NCBI RefSeq assembly: GCF_009914755.1 | Contig: NC_060932.1 | DNA from: the human T2T-CHM13v2.0 reference genome, Homo sapiens | DNA: 64,000 nt | Direction: 5' to 3' (one strand) | Shown here: positions 45,299 through 58,218 of the stretch, piece after piece | Layout of the letters: the number at the start of each line of letters is the position of its first letter | How positions within the stretch are numbered: position 1 is the stretch's first letter | Program-made: the position numbers and the translations under genes | The notes under the pieces: generated by a model | Databases searched by the model: none | What the model was told of the DNA's origin: nothing | Seen by the model: the letters and a program-made list of their open reading frames with translations, nothing else

Positions 45299-47319
45299 GC
45301 CCCACTAGCCCATCAAAGTGTGTATAAGTGCCTATCATAGACCTCCTGAAAAAGGGGATTAACTTATATCTATATCTGGCACATTACTGTAATTTCACAA
45401 AATTCCAAATCCCACAGACTTTTGTAAACACTTCACAGATATGCAAGAAAAATCTATTTTTTTCACGGTGCTCCCAGCTCAGTAATGATAACTGGTGCCA
45501 GGATTGTTCTGTTACTGTTCCATATAACTTGAGTGTTCCATAGGAGCAGTAAGTTTATGACTACAGAATATGATTTAGTGTTTTCTACCTTCCACACAAC
45601 ATGTTATTTTTAATCAATTTGAGTATATAAAAATGTAATATATATTGAAACATTATATTCAAAACAACCAAAATTATCTTAACCAAAACTCCAGGTTCCA
45701 AAGAACTTCTTCCATAGAGAATTTAGTTTTAAACATAATTATTTCCCATAGGACAGATCTTAAGACCCTTCTCTACTCATTTTTAACATTTTGATCAAAG
45801 GTATCAATTTTCAACTAGCATTTAATCAGGACTGGATGTTTGTTTGTTAGAAACTCTATGACTAGCCATTACACAGCTTACCTGGGGCTTCATAAATTAG
45901 AAAGTTGAATTTGTTAGTGTTGTATGGATTTTCTTAACTTCCAAAGTCTAATAATAATCATGCTACTAGTCAACCTGGCACTGAGCTGGGACCTGTGTAC
46001 ACTTTGCCTGTAACTCTTACAGTATCCTGAGAGGTAGATCATATCAAGCTCATATTATTTATAAAGAACTGAGACTCAGAGATGATAAGTAAATTATACT
46101 AAATCATATAATTAGTGAATGATAGAGAACAGATACGAAACCAAGATTTTCTCTTCTAAAGCCCAATTCCAGGGTCAAGATAGTACAGAGATGAGTTTGT
46201 TCATTTGTTTGTTTCTTTGTTTTGTGTGCTTCTTAGCAGTTGCGGTTATTGAATAAGTCGGCCCAAGGGGCTACTTTAGTCAAAAACTCAAAAGTATTTC
46301 AAAATTCTGAAGAATGACCACATAAATCTCCCCTTGATGGCACATAAATTATTGCTTTGCAAGTCATTGTCATAGAGCAAAAGTAAAATATGGTAATTGT
46401 ATATTCCCAGCCGTGCAGTCTCTAAATTTTTACCTTTCTAGTCATATATCAGGAGTTTTGGGGAAAGTGCCTTTTTTATGCAAGTTTTCCTCTTAACATG
46501 ACTGTCACTGTACTTTGAATAAATTCAAGTAAAACAGTGGGATACTCAAAGACTATAGAATAATTGTGTTTTTTTTTCAGCAGCTGCTTGTGGCTGACCA
46601 GGAAAATTACAATTAGGAAGCAGACACTCTAGCGGGCCCCACAAGAATACAAGATGACAGAAAAAAAAATCAAGACTACAATGAACCAAACATCTGCATA
46701 ATTTTAGCTACTATGCAAACAATAGGGCTGCAGTGTTTTGTGCATACAGAAAAGACACAGACTCCTGCCAAAAATGAGAAAAGATGCTGAATTTATCAAA
46801 AGTGGGAGGCCTGCTTCAAGGATTTGTTACATTATGCTAATAGCACTGCAAAAAGTTTAACTTCCTTTTAAATTGTGCTTGCCTCCACCTCTAATAAAAC
46901 ATGAACCCTATGCACTCTTTTCATTAATTTTTTCCTAAAATGTGAGATAATGCAAAAGGATAAAATGAAGTGTAGTACTATCCAAATTGTAATTAAAATG
47001 CTTCAAAATGAGAACTTTATTAATATTTTACATGCCTCTTCTAGTAAAGATTCCTAACATACAGAAAAACCTTCAACCAAGAATAAACTCATTATTCCAA
47101 ATCCATAATTATTATAAATTGTGAAATATAGCTTTTTGCTATAGCTTATAGCAGATGATAGCTGCGATTGTAGCATTTAGACTAAAATCATGTGAAGAAA
47201 TATATTTGCAAAATAATTGGTTGGTTTTTTTCCAAGCACTGGAGATAAAGTAGGCTACTGCAAACTTTAAGAAGGGATGCAGAAGTAGGCATAAGAGAGA
47301 GACTATTTCTGCTATAGTA

Positions 47320-47646
47320 CAGTAGTCCCCCTTACCCAAGGTCTTGCTTTCCACAGTTTTATTTACTTATAGTCAACCACTGTACAAAAACATGTGAGTG
47401 TAGTACAATAAGGTATCTTGAGACAGAGAGTGACCATATTCACATAAATTTTATCACAATGTATTAGTATAACCATTCAGTTTTATTATTTTTGTTAGTC
47501 TTACTGTACCTATTTTATAAATCAAACATTATTATAAGTGTGTCTGTATAAGAAAAACAGTATATATAGAGCTCAGTACTATCCATGGTTTCAGGCATTC
47601 ACGTTTGGTCTTGGAAAGTATTCCCTCAGATAAGGGGGGACAACTG
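47320..47646 (+). mobile_element. MER44A (Tigger7 derivative)
   Basis: TIRs cagtagtcccccttac / gataaggggggacaactg with TA on both sides. Confidence 0.85.
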
Positions 47647-48197
47647 TAGATGGATTATATAAATAGCCCCAATTCTTTGCCTCTCACTGTAGTCACACTC
47701 ACCCATGCAACATTCAAGGTGTCTCAGAATTATCTTACCCAACATTCCACCCCTACCAACACTACCTCAAATATGGATTAGTCTTGTGACTTGCTTTGCT
47801 TAATGGGATGTTATCAGATATGATGCTAGTAGACATAATGTAAAAAGAGGCTTGGAAATGTATTTGTGCATTTTCCCTTGCCTTTGGCTCCTCTTTCAGA
47901 GAACATTCCTGGGCCACTGTTTTGGGGGATGAAAGACATGTGAAACAGAGCCAGCTGAGGACATTCTTTATAAACCATTAGTTGTGTAAATAAAACCAGG
48001 CAAGGTGAGGAGAGCTGCCTATTTGACTCACTACTGACCATAAAAGCATGAATGAAAGTAGCCAAGATCAGTGGAGCTCATTCCAAATAATCCAAATGCT
48101 GTAAACTTGTGAACCAAATAAATGCTTATTGCTTTATGCTACTGATATATCTTAGTTCTGTTATACAGCATTATTGTGGCAATAGATAAATGATACA
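47647..48197 (+). mobile_element. MLT1 (G/H-like) MaLR LTR; the first few bases probably lie left of MER44A
   Basis: aaatagccccaattcttt...cttgtgacttgcttt...aataaatgcttattg...gcaatagataaatgataca. Confidence 0.7.
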
Positions 48198-48400
48198 CCA
48201 ATCTAATGCATTAAGTAGCAAAATATAACCTATCTGCAGTTATCTCCAATGAAATAATATTCCATTATTAGTGGAGTGGAGGCAGCACTCGTAGTAAATA
48301 ACCATGAGCTAATGTTCTGAATGAATTAATTGTCCTCTTTGTCTCTTCCTACTAAATCTACTTTTCTTTGGAATTATGATTTTTTTTTCTTCTGGGTGGA

Positions 48401-48648
48401 TGAATTAGTCTGTTTTCACACTGCTGTAAAGAACTATCCAAGACTAGGTAATGTATAAAGGAAAGAGGTTGACTCAGTTCTGCGTGGCTGGGGAGGCCTC
48501 AGGAAACTTACAATCATGGTAGAAGTTGAAGGCAAAGCAAGGCACATCTTACATGGCAGCAGGAGAAAGAGAGAGAGAGAGCACAGGGGAAACTGCCACT
48601 TTTAAACCCTCAGATCTCATGAGAACTCACTCACTATCATGAGAACAG
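48401..48648 (-). mobile_element. THE1D/MSTA LTR, partial
   Basis: ttagtctgttttcacactgct...gaggcctcaggaaacttacaatcatgg...cagatctcatgagaactcac. Confidence 0.85.
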
Positions 48649-48689
48649 TGGTGGGTGAAAACAAAGAAATGAATAGTTTCATCCACACT

Positions 48690-49228
48690 TGTGACGGTTA
48701 ATTTTGGATGTTAACTTGACTGGGTTAAGAGAAACTCAAATGTCTGGTAAAGCATTAGTTCTGGGTATGTCTGTGAAGATGTTTCCAGAAGACATTTGCA
48801 TTTGAATTACTGGACTAAGTAAGGAAGATCTGCCCTCATTCAACATGCGTGGGCTCTATCCAGTCGGTCGAATCTCCAGATCAAACAAAAAGGCAAAGGA
48901 AAGGTAATTCTACTCCCTCTTCTATAGCTGACACACTCATCTTCTCCTGCCTTTAGATATGACAATACCACATTCTTTGACCTTCAGACTCAAGAACTTG
49001 CACTAGTGGTCCTCCAAGTTCTTCTTTGGACTTGACTGAGCTATACTGCAAGCTTCCCTGGACCTCCAGCTTAGAGACAAATTGTGGGACTTCACAGACA
49101 CTATCATTGAGAGTCAATTCCCATAAAAAATCCCCTCTTATACACCAATGTCTGTTTTTCTTTCTATCTATCCATCCATCTATTTATTCTATTGGTTCTA
49201 TTTCTGTGGAGAACCCTAAGACAATACC
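48690..49228 (+). mobile_element. MLT2 (ERVL) solo LTR
   Basis: tgtgacggttaatttt...aacttgactggg ... tattggttctatttctgtggagaaccct termini. Confidence 0.85.
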
Positions 49229-49353
49229 AGTATTCCTATCACAAAATGATGTATTGCTGCCATTATTTCTTCTAGTGTGAGTGTCTGTGTGCATGTATGT
49301 AGTCTGCCACCAGAAACACTCACACTTATTTCAAGTAAAATGGATGAAGGGAA

Positions 49354-49864
49354 TGCCAAAGAAAAATTGCACCAGACAAGTAAAACAGGCAAAGAAGACT
49401 TTTTTTCAAGACTATTTAAATAAGGGAGCAAGATTAAACTCAAATCTTATTAAACAAAATGGAGGATAATTTTTAACTGCTGGAATGAGATAGCAAAAAC
49501 AAAAAAATACTGTAGAACATTAGGGGAGAGATAGAGCAATGTGATTAGGCACCTGTGTTTGTTAATTGGCCTTGATGAAGTTAGGCTCCTACCCTCCCAC
49601 AGACCCTGGGAGATGGAGGTGCTGTACTTTTTTATGATTACTTTTGAGAGAGATGACTCCTAGTTCCTTGATAAAGACATTCCTGGGTTGTAAAACTGGC
49701 AAGATGCTGGGCAAACTTTTACGTAACAAATGGATAGAGAAAGAATAAGTTTGCAAGTTTTCTTTAAAAATGCTCGGAGGAAAGCAAGCTTGTGGTCCTA
49801 TAATTACAAAAAACCTGTCTGAAGTTCAGTCAAGCTGAGGTAAATGTTAAGATTTTCTTGGTCA
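49354..49864 (-). mobile_element. ERV1 solo LTR (MER31/MER67 group)
   Basis: TG...CA termini with perfect 4-bp TSD GGAA (49350-49353, 49865-49868). Family name is from memory and uncertain. Confidence 0.7.
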
Positions 49865-50119
49865 GGAATCACATGGAAACAATGATAGAAAGAGAATTGA
49901 AAAATTATATCCAGCCATATTCTTTTTACTCCTTCAATTTGGGTATACTTGGTTTCTTGGTTCTTCTTGTCTCTGCTAATTGACTGCATTCTTCTTTGCA
50001 CAGAAAAATTTTCTCTGGTCTTTCAACAAATATACCAGTAACATCAGAACATAATTTTTATATATCAAAGAATTAACATTGGCCCTGATGCTATCTATGC
50101 CATTGATTCTCATTATGTT

Positions 50120-50330
50120 TTATGAGATCACTGTGAACACTGAATTAGAGAATACTGAACCATTGCTCTGAGGAAAAATATAGGGTCTAGGTTTCTGTGA
50201 GCCTCTGATCACATTTTTGTCAACCAATAAATATATCACCTTGTTTTATACACATTTATATTTTAAAATGTTTTACTTATTAACTATATATTATTGATCC
50301 AATAACATTGAAATTATGGCCAACAGTACC
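50120..50330. mobile_element. MER82-like Tigger fragment
   Basis: cactgaattagagaatactgaaccattgctc...ggtttctgtgagcctctg motif. Confidence 0.55.
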
Positions 50331-50534
50331 TTTTTGACTATTTTTTGTTGCAAAAAGAAGCACCTCAAAAAACACAAAGAAAAGTGAATTCTGATGTAAG
50401 TTGAAATAAAGAAAGTTAATGAAAGAAATACTTTTCAACAACCTATGTATTTAAGTAGAAGACAAGTTCATTTCAGATCGATCTACAAAATAAAATGAAT
50501 AAGTAATATTTTCCCATAATAACTCAATTACATT

Positions 50535-50626
50535 TTTTTTTTTTTGAGGCAGAGTCTCGCTTTGTCTCCCAGACTGGAGTGCAGTGGCGCGACCTTGGCT
50601 CACTGCAAGCTCTGCCTCCCGGGTTC
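50535..50626 (-). mobile_element. 5'-truncated AluY (~90 bp)
   Basis: Poly(T) plus right-arm end with gcaagctc (AluY GAGCTTGC); TSD CTCAATTACATT (50523-50534, 50626-50637). Confidence 0.9.
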
Positions 50627-50943
50627 TCAATTACATTCTTTTAAGAATAAAAGCCTGTCAGCTGTGACATTCAGTTAAAAGTTACTTTACTATATATCTG
50701 GCAACAGGTATCAATATAGCATATACTTCAGGCTAAATATTTTGGAAGCAAAAATTCTGTGTATTTGTTTGAACCATTCTAAATTGCCTCTACTCTGGCT
50801 TCACATTATGATCAAACTGACCTATGAAAAGAATGAAATATTTCAAAGTCTGGAAGAGATCTTATTCCTCATTGTTTGATTATGTATAGCTATTATCCTA
50901 ACTTTAGTCATAGATGTTTGCCATTGTCAAAGTGATTGTTGAC

Positions 50944-51337
50944 TGATATGGTTTGGCTGTGTCCCCACCCAAATATCATCTTGAATTCTGACTCCCACAA
51001 TTCCCACATTGGGGAGTTACAATTTCCACATCGGGGAGTTACAAGTCATGGGAGGAACCTGATGGGAGGTAATTGAATGATGGGGGGGGGGTCTTTCCCA
51101 TGCTGTTCTCGTGATAGTGAATAAGTCTCATGAGATCTGATGGGTATAAAAAGGGGATTTTCCCTGCACAAGCTCTCTTCCCTGTCAGCGGCCATGTGAG
51201 ACACGCCTTTTATCTTCCACCATGATTGTGAGGCCTCCCCAGCCACATGGAACTGTGAGTCCAATAAACCTCTTTCTTTTGTAAATGGTCCAGTCTTGGG
51301 TATGTCTTTATCAGCACCATGAAAATGGACTAATACA
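50944..51337 (+). mobile_element. THE1A/B MaLR solo LTR
   Basis: Canonical termini; TSD ttgac/ctgac; carries a small internal insertion. Confidence 0.95.
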
Positions 51338-52535
51338 CTGACCTAAAAATATATGGCAAATCAGGAAATACATTAAATGAAGCACATTTATTCCTGTTCT
51401 AAAATACAATGGTTATATAAAATAACTGACAACGTTTCTCTGTACCTATGATAGATTACTTTGAATATTATTTTTAAGATACATTTTATATATGCCATGT
51501 TAGAAGTGGAGGAATTACTATAACTCTCATGTAGTCTTATCCACCTAATCAAATCATGTTTCTGATAGCAAAGAGGGGGTGATTTTTTAAAAAAACAATA
51601 AAAGTTGCTACTTTTTTGAAATCTAATACATGTATTTTAAATAAGTGAAAAAATTCAAAGCCAGAAACAAGCAATGAGTATTCAAAAATATATCACTTTA
51701 AAACAAGTGGCATTTGGTAAGGAAATAAGTTAATTTGCAAGGGTAAAACAAATTATTTAAAAGCAATTTTCCTCTGAGCTATAGGTTTGCTTTTAAAAGT
51801 ACGACTGAGGGAGCATTTTTAAATTGATCAAGTATCTAACAATGAGATGTTTTGGTATAGGCATGCAAAATGTAATTATGACATCATTGTAATATAGGCT
51901 ACTCAGCCCCTCAAGCACTTATCCTTGGTGTTACAAACAATCCACTTACATCCTTTTAGTTATTTTTAAATGTACAATACATTACTATAAACTATGATCA
52001 CTCTATTGTGCTTTCATAGGTTTATTTATACTTTCTATTTTTTGTACACACTAATCATCCCAATCGCCTCCCACAACCCTCCCACTACCCTTCCCAAACT
52101 CCAGTAATCATCTTTCTACTCTCTATCTCCATGAATTTAATTGTTTTGATTTTCAGATCCCACAAATAAAGTAGAACATGAGATGATAGCTTTTCTGTGC
52201 CTGGCTTATTTCACTTAGCACAATGACCTCTAGTTCTATCCATGTTATTGCAAATGACAGAATCTCATTCTTTTCATGGATAAATAGTACTCCATTTTGT
52301 ATGTGTACTACATTTTCTTTATCCATTCATCTGTTGATGAACACTTAATTTGCTTCCAAATCTTGGCTATTGTGAAGAGTGCTGCAACAAGCATAGGAGT
52401 GCAGCTATCTCTTTGATATACTGATTTTTTTTGTGGGGGGGGAGGGTATATACCCAGCAGTGGGACTGCTGGATCATATGTTAGCTCTATTTTTAGTTTT
52501 TTGAGAAATCTCCAAATTTTTCTCCATAGTGGTTA

Positions 52536-52868
<333 letters not shown>

Positions 52869-54026
52869 TTATTTTCATTTCAATTTCATTTATTTATGCT
52901 CTAATCTTTAATATTTCTTTTCATCTACTAATATTGGGTTTTGTTTTCTCTTGCTGTTATAGTTATTTAAGATGCGTCATTATGTTATTAAAACTTTTTC
53001 CTTTTTTGATGTAGGCACTTATAGCTATAAACTTCCCCCTTATTATTGCTATTGCTGTATCCCATAGATTTGGTATGTTGTGTTTCCATTATCATTTGTT
53101 TCAAGAAATTTTTCAATGTCTTCTTAATTTCTTCATTGGCCCACTGGTTATTCTGAAGTATAGTATTTAATTTCTATGTATTGGTATAATTTCTAAAAAT
53201 TATCTTATTAATTTCTATTTTTCTTCCATTGTGGTCAGAGAAGATGCTTGATGTTATTTCAATTTTTTAATCTTTTAAGACTTGTTTTGTGACATAATAT
53301 ATGTTCTATCCTTCAGAATGATCAATGTGCTAAGAAAAAACATGTCTATTCTGCAGCCATTGGATGAACTACTCTGTAGTATCTATTAGGTCCATTTTTA
53401 CTATAGTGCAGATTAAGGCTGATGTATGTATATTGACTTTCTGTCTAGAAGATCTGTCCGTGCTGATGGTGGAGTGTTGAAGTATCCAGCTGTTATTGTG
53501 TTAAAGTCTATCTCTCTCTTTAGCTCCAATAATATTTGCTTTATATATCTGGGTGCTCCAGCGTTGGATGCATATATATTTAAAGTTGTTATATCCTCTT
53601 GCTGAATTGACCTTTTTTCATTATATAATGACCTTCTTTGTTTCTTACAGGTTTTGTCTTGAAATCTATATTGTCTGATATAAGTATAGCAACCCCTGCT
53701 GCATTTTGGTTTCCATTGGCATGGAATATCTTTTTCATCTTTTCATTTTCAATCGATTTGTGTCTTTACAGGTGTAGTGTGTGTTTTGTAGGCAATTAAT
53801 CATTGAATTCTTGAGTTCTTTTTTTTTTTAAACCTTTTCAGCCACTGTTTGTCTTTTGATTGCAGAGTTTAGTCCATTTACAATCATGTTAATAATGACA
53901 AGAAAAGACATATTCCTGCCATTTTGTTTTTTGCTTTCTGGTTGTTTTGTGGTCTTCTCTTACTTCTTTCTTTCCTTCATGTCTTCCTTTTAGTAAAGGT
54001 GATTTTTCTCTCATGATATGATTTAG

Positions 54027-54378
<352 letters not shown>

Positions 54379-56569
54379 AGATTTTTGATTTCAGGTTACC
54401 TCAGGCTTGTGGACAAACAACACTGTTTGCATAAACAAACAAACAAGGAAAAAAAAAACTCATGAAGACTCTGTGCATTAATTCCACACCTTGACTTTTA
54501 ACTTTTTTTGTTTCTATTTATATCTTATTGTACTGTCTATGTCTTGAAAAGTTGTTGTAGATATTATTTTCAATTGGTTCATTATTTAGCCTTCTATTTA
54601 AGAAAAGAGTAGTTCACATACCACAGTTGCAGTGTTACAATATTCTGTGTTTTTCTGTGTATTTACTATTAAAATACCAATGAGTTTTTTACCTTCAGAC
54701 AATTTGTTATTGCTCACTAACATCCTTTTCTCTCTGATTGAAGTACTCCCTTTGGCATTTCTTGTAGAACAGGTCTGGTGTCGATGAAATCCCTCGGCTT
54801 TTATTTGTCTGGGAAAGTCTTTATTTCTCCTTCATGCTTGAAGGAAATTTTTGCCCTATATATTATTCCAGGGTAAAAGTTTTTTTTTCCTTCAGCACTT
54901 TAAATATGTCATTCCATTCTCTTCTGGCCTGTAAGGTTTCCACTGAAAAGGCAGCTGCCAGATGTGTTGGAGCTCCATTAATGTTTCTTTGTTTGTTTAT
55001 TTTCTGTTACAACTTTTAGGATCTTTTCTTTATCCTTGATCTTTGAGAGTTTAATTATTAAATGACTTAAAGTAGTTTTCTTTGGGTTAAATCTGCTTGA
55101 TGTTCTATTACCTTCGGATATTGATATCTTTCTGTAGGTTTGGGAAGTTCTCTGTTATTATCCCTTTGAATAAACTTACCCCATCTCTTTCCCTACCTCC
55201 TCTTTAAGGCCAATAACTCTTAGATTTGCCCTTTCGAGGCTATTTTCTAGATCCTGTAGGCATGCATTGTTGTTTTTCATTCTTTTTTTGTCTCCTCACC
55301 ATGTATTTTCAAATAGCCTCTCTTCAAGTTCACTAATTCTTTCTTCTGCTTGATCAATTATGCTATTAAAACACTCTGACACATTCTTATGTATGCCAAT
55401 TGCATTTTTCAGCATGAGAATTTTTACTTGATTCTTTTTAATTATTTCAGTCTCTTTGTTAAATTTATCTGCTACAATTCTGAATTCCTTCTCTGTGTTG
55501 TTTTGAATTTCTTTGCAGTGATTTTGAATTCTCCGTCTAAAGGGTCACATACTCTGTTTCTCCAGGATTGGTCCTTGTTCCCTGGTCCCTGGTGCCTTAT
55601 TTAGTTCACTGGGTGAGGTAATGTTTCCAGGATGGTGTTGATGCTTTCAGATGTTCTTTGGTGTCTCAGCATTGAAGAGTTAGGTATTTATTGTAGTGTT
55701 TGCAGTCTGAGCTTGTTTGTTCCCATCCTTCTTGGAAAGGTTTTCCAGATACTCAAAAGGGCTTGGGCATTGTGACCTAAGATGTATGTGCTTTAGAAGG
55801 CACCCCTAGCCCAGTAACACTGTGGTTCTTACAGACTCAGAGGTACCACCTTGATTTTCTTGGACAAGATTCAGAAGAATTATCTGAATTTCCAGGCAGT
55901 GACTCTCGTTCTTTCCCCACATTCACCCAAATGGATGGAGTCTCCTGTTCTGAGCTACCTGAATCTGGGGGTAATATGACACAAGCACCCCCATAGTCAT
56001 CACCACTGTAACTGCACTCCATCAGACCTGAAGCCAGCACAACTCTAGTCTCACACAAGGCCTTCTGTAACCACTCCCTGACTATAGCCCATGTACTCTC
56101 AAGGTCCTGGGGCTCTACAATCAGCAAGTGGCAAAGCCAACCAGGCCTGTGTCTTTCGCTTCAGGGTGGTGAGATTCCCCAGACCGTGGGCATGTCCAGA
56201 GGTGCTGTCCAGGAGCCAGGGACTACAGTTGAAAACTTAGAAGTCTACCTGCTGTTCTATAGTACTGTGGCTGAGTTGGCACTCAAACCACAAAAGGAAG
56301 TTTTCCCCACTCTTTCCTCCCCTTTCCACAGGCAGAGGAGCCTCACTCCCTAACCACCACCACTTCAGGCCCATGGGGAGTACTGCCAGATTTTAGCCAA
56401 TGTTTCCTTAAGGCCCAAGGGCTCTTCAGTTTGCTTGCGGTGAATTATGCCTGGCCTGGGACTCACTCTTCAGGAAAGTAGTCTCCCCTCTGGCCCAAAG
56501 CAAGTCTAAAATGCCATACAAAAACCAAGTCCTAGAATTAGGGACCCCAAGAACCCACTGTGGTTGAGC

Positions 56570-56875
56570 TAATACGTAATATGCAAGACAAAGTCCCTTT
56601 TGCTTTTTTCTCCACTTTTCTCAAGTGAAAAGAGTCTCACCCCATAGCCACCACAGCTGGGAATGTGCTGAGTGGAATCTGAAGCCAGCAAATCTGAGTG
56701 TCACCCAAGGCACTTAATGTAATACGTAATATGCAAGACAAAGTCCCTTTTGCTTTTTTCTCCACTTTTCTCAAGTGAAAAGAGTCTCACCCCATAGCCA
56801 CCACAGCTGGGAATGTGCTGAGTGGAATCTGAAGCCAGCAAATCTGAGTGTCACCCAAGGCACTTAATGTAATAC
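56570..56875. repeat. Perfect 150-bp tandem duplication (2 copies plus 6-bp microhomology)
   Basis: 56570-56719 is identical to 56720-56869; TAATAC at 56570, 56720 and 56870. Confidence 0.97.
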
Positions 56876-58039
56876 CTGGGTATCGCTGTTGGTTATTCAG
56901 AGCCCAAGAGCTCTTCAGTTAGCAGGTGATGAATCCTGCCAGGATTCGGTCCTTCCTTTCAAGGCATTAGGTTCCTTTCTGGCCCAGGAAAATGCCTGGG
57001 AGCTAGGGCCTGGAAAAGGGGCCTCAGGACTCTGACCGAAGCCTTATCCTGCTGTAGTTGAACTGGTATCCAAGATGCAAGACAGTCCCCCCGACTCTTC
57101 CATCTCCTCTCCTCTAGTGAAGGGAAGCAGTTTCTTTTGCAGCCATGAGCTGTGAGCTGGGATTAGGAGAGGTGATGCCAGCACTCCCTTGGCCACCCCA
57201 GATGGTATCTCTCAATAGGTCATGTGCCCCGGCACCCACCCAGTCCACTGACTCTGGGCTCAGTTCAGCACTAGGGTTCACCTAAGTGTTGCAGTTCTTG
57301 TGGCCTAGAGTGCCTTTCAAGATTATTTAGGGCCCCAGAGAACTTGAGCCTGAGGTGGCAAGGCTTGCAGGAGCTCAAATTCTGAATGCTGGGATAGAAG
57401 ATTGTGACTAGGGCTAGTTTAAATACTACCTCCTCGGGCGGGCAACAGCTGAGTTCGGTCTGGTTTAGTTTTCTGTTATAATAGGGCAGCACTGAGTTTA
57501 ATTCCTCTCAAATACTGTGAGCACCTGATCCCCAGCACACAGAAAGACTCTCCACGGCACACCGCTGCTGCCGGGGATGGAGGAGGGACGGTATCGGCGA
57601 TTCGAGACTGTTTTTCCTTCCCCTTCAGTGCCTTTTTCAGCAATATGAAGTTAAAACCAAGTACTGTGAGTGCTTTCCTGATATTGGGTTCTTATGAAGC
57701 TTTTTTTTTACACGTGTGTAGATAGTTGTTAAACTGGTGTCCTTATGTGGGGGATGATCAGCAGAGAATTCTGTTCCACCATCTTGCCCTGCCCCCTCCC
57801 TGTAGATCAATTTTTAAAATGGAATTTAGGCAATATCCCTTTATGTGTACTCATTGTTCTTTATCATAATCATGATATTAATAGAAGCTGTTACATATGT
57901 CATATACCAGGGCTTATATAACGTGAGCCAGATATAGAACCTACTTTAATACACTCAGAGACCTAAAAATGATGTTTATATTTTCAAAAATTAAACAGAA
58001 GATATTTTGATGTTACAATTATATAGACTTCAAATATAA

Positions 58040-58218
58040 ATGTCCATAAATAAGGTTTTATTGGAATGCATTCACACCCAATTATCTGTGTATCATCTAT
58101 GAGTGCTTTTGCATTAAATTTATAGAAATGGCTGGTTAGGATGAAAATTGTATAGCCCACTAAGCAGAAAATATTTACTAGCTGTCTCTTTACAGAAAAA
58201 GTTTACCAACTCTTGTTA
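58040..58218 (+). mobile_element. MER58A-like hAT-Charlie fragment
   Basis: aaataaggttttattggaa...aaaatatttacta...ctttacagaaaaagtttaccaactc. Confidence 0.7.
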
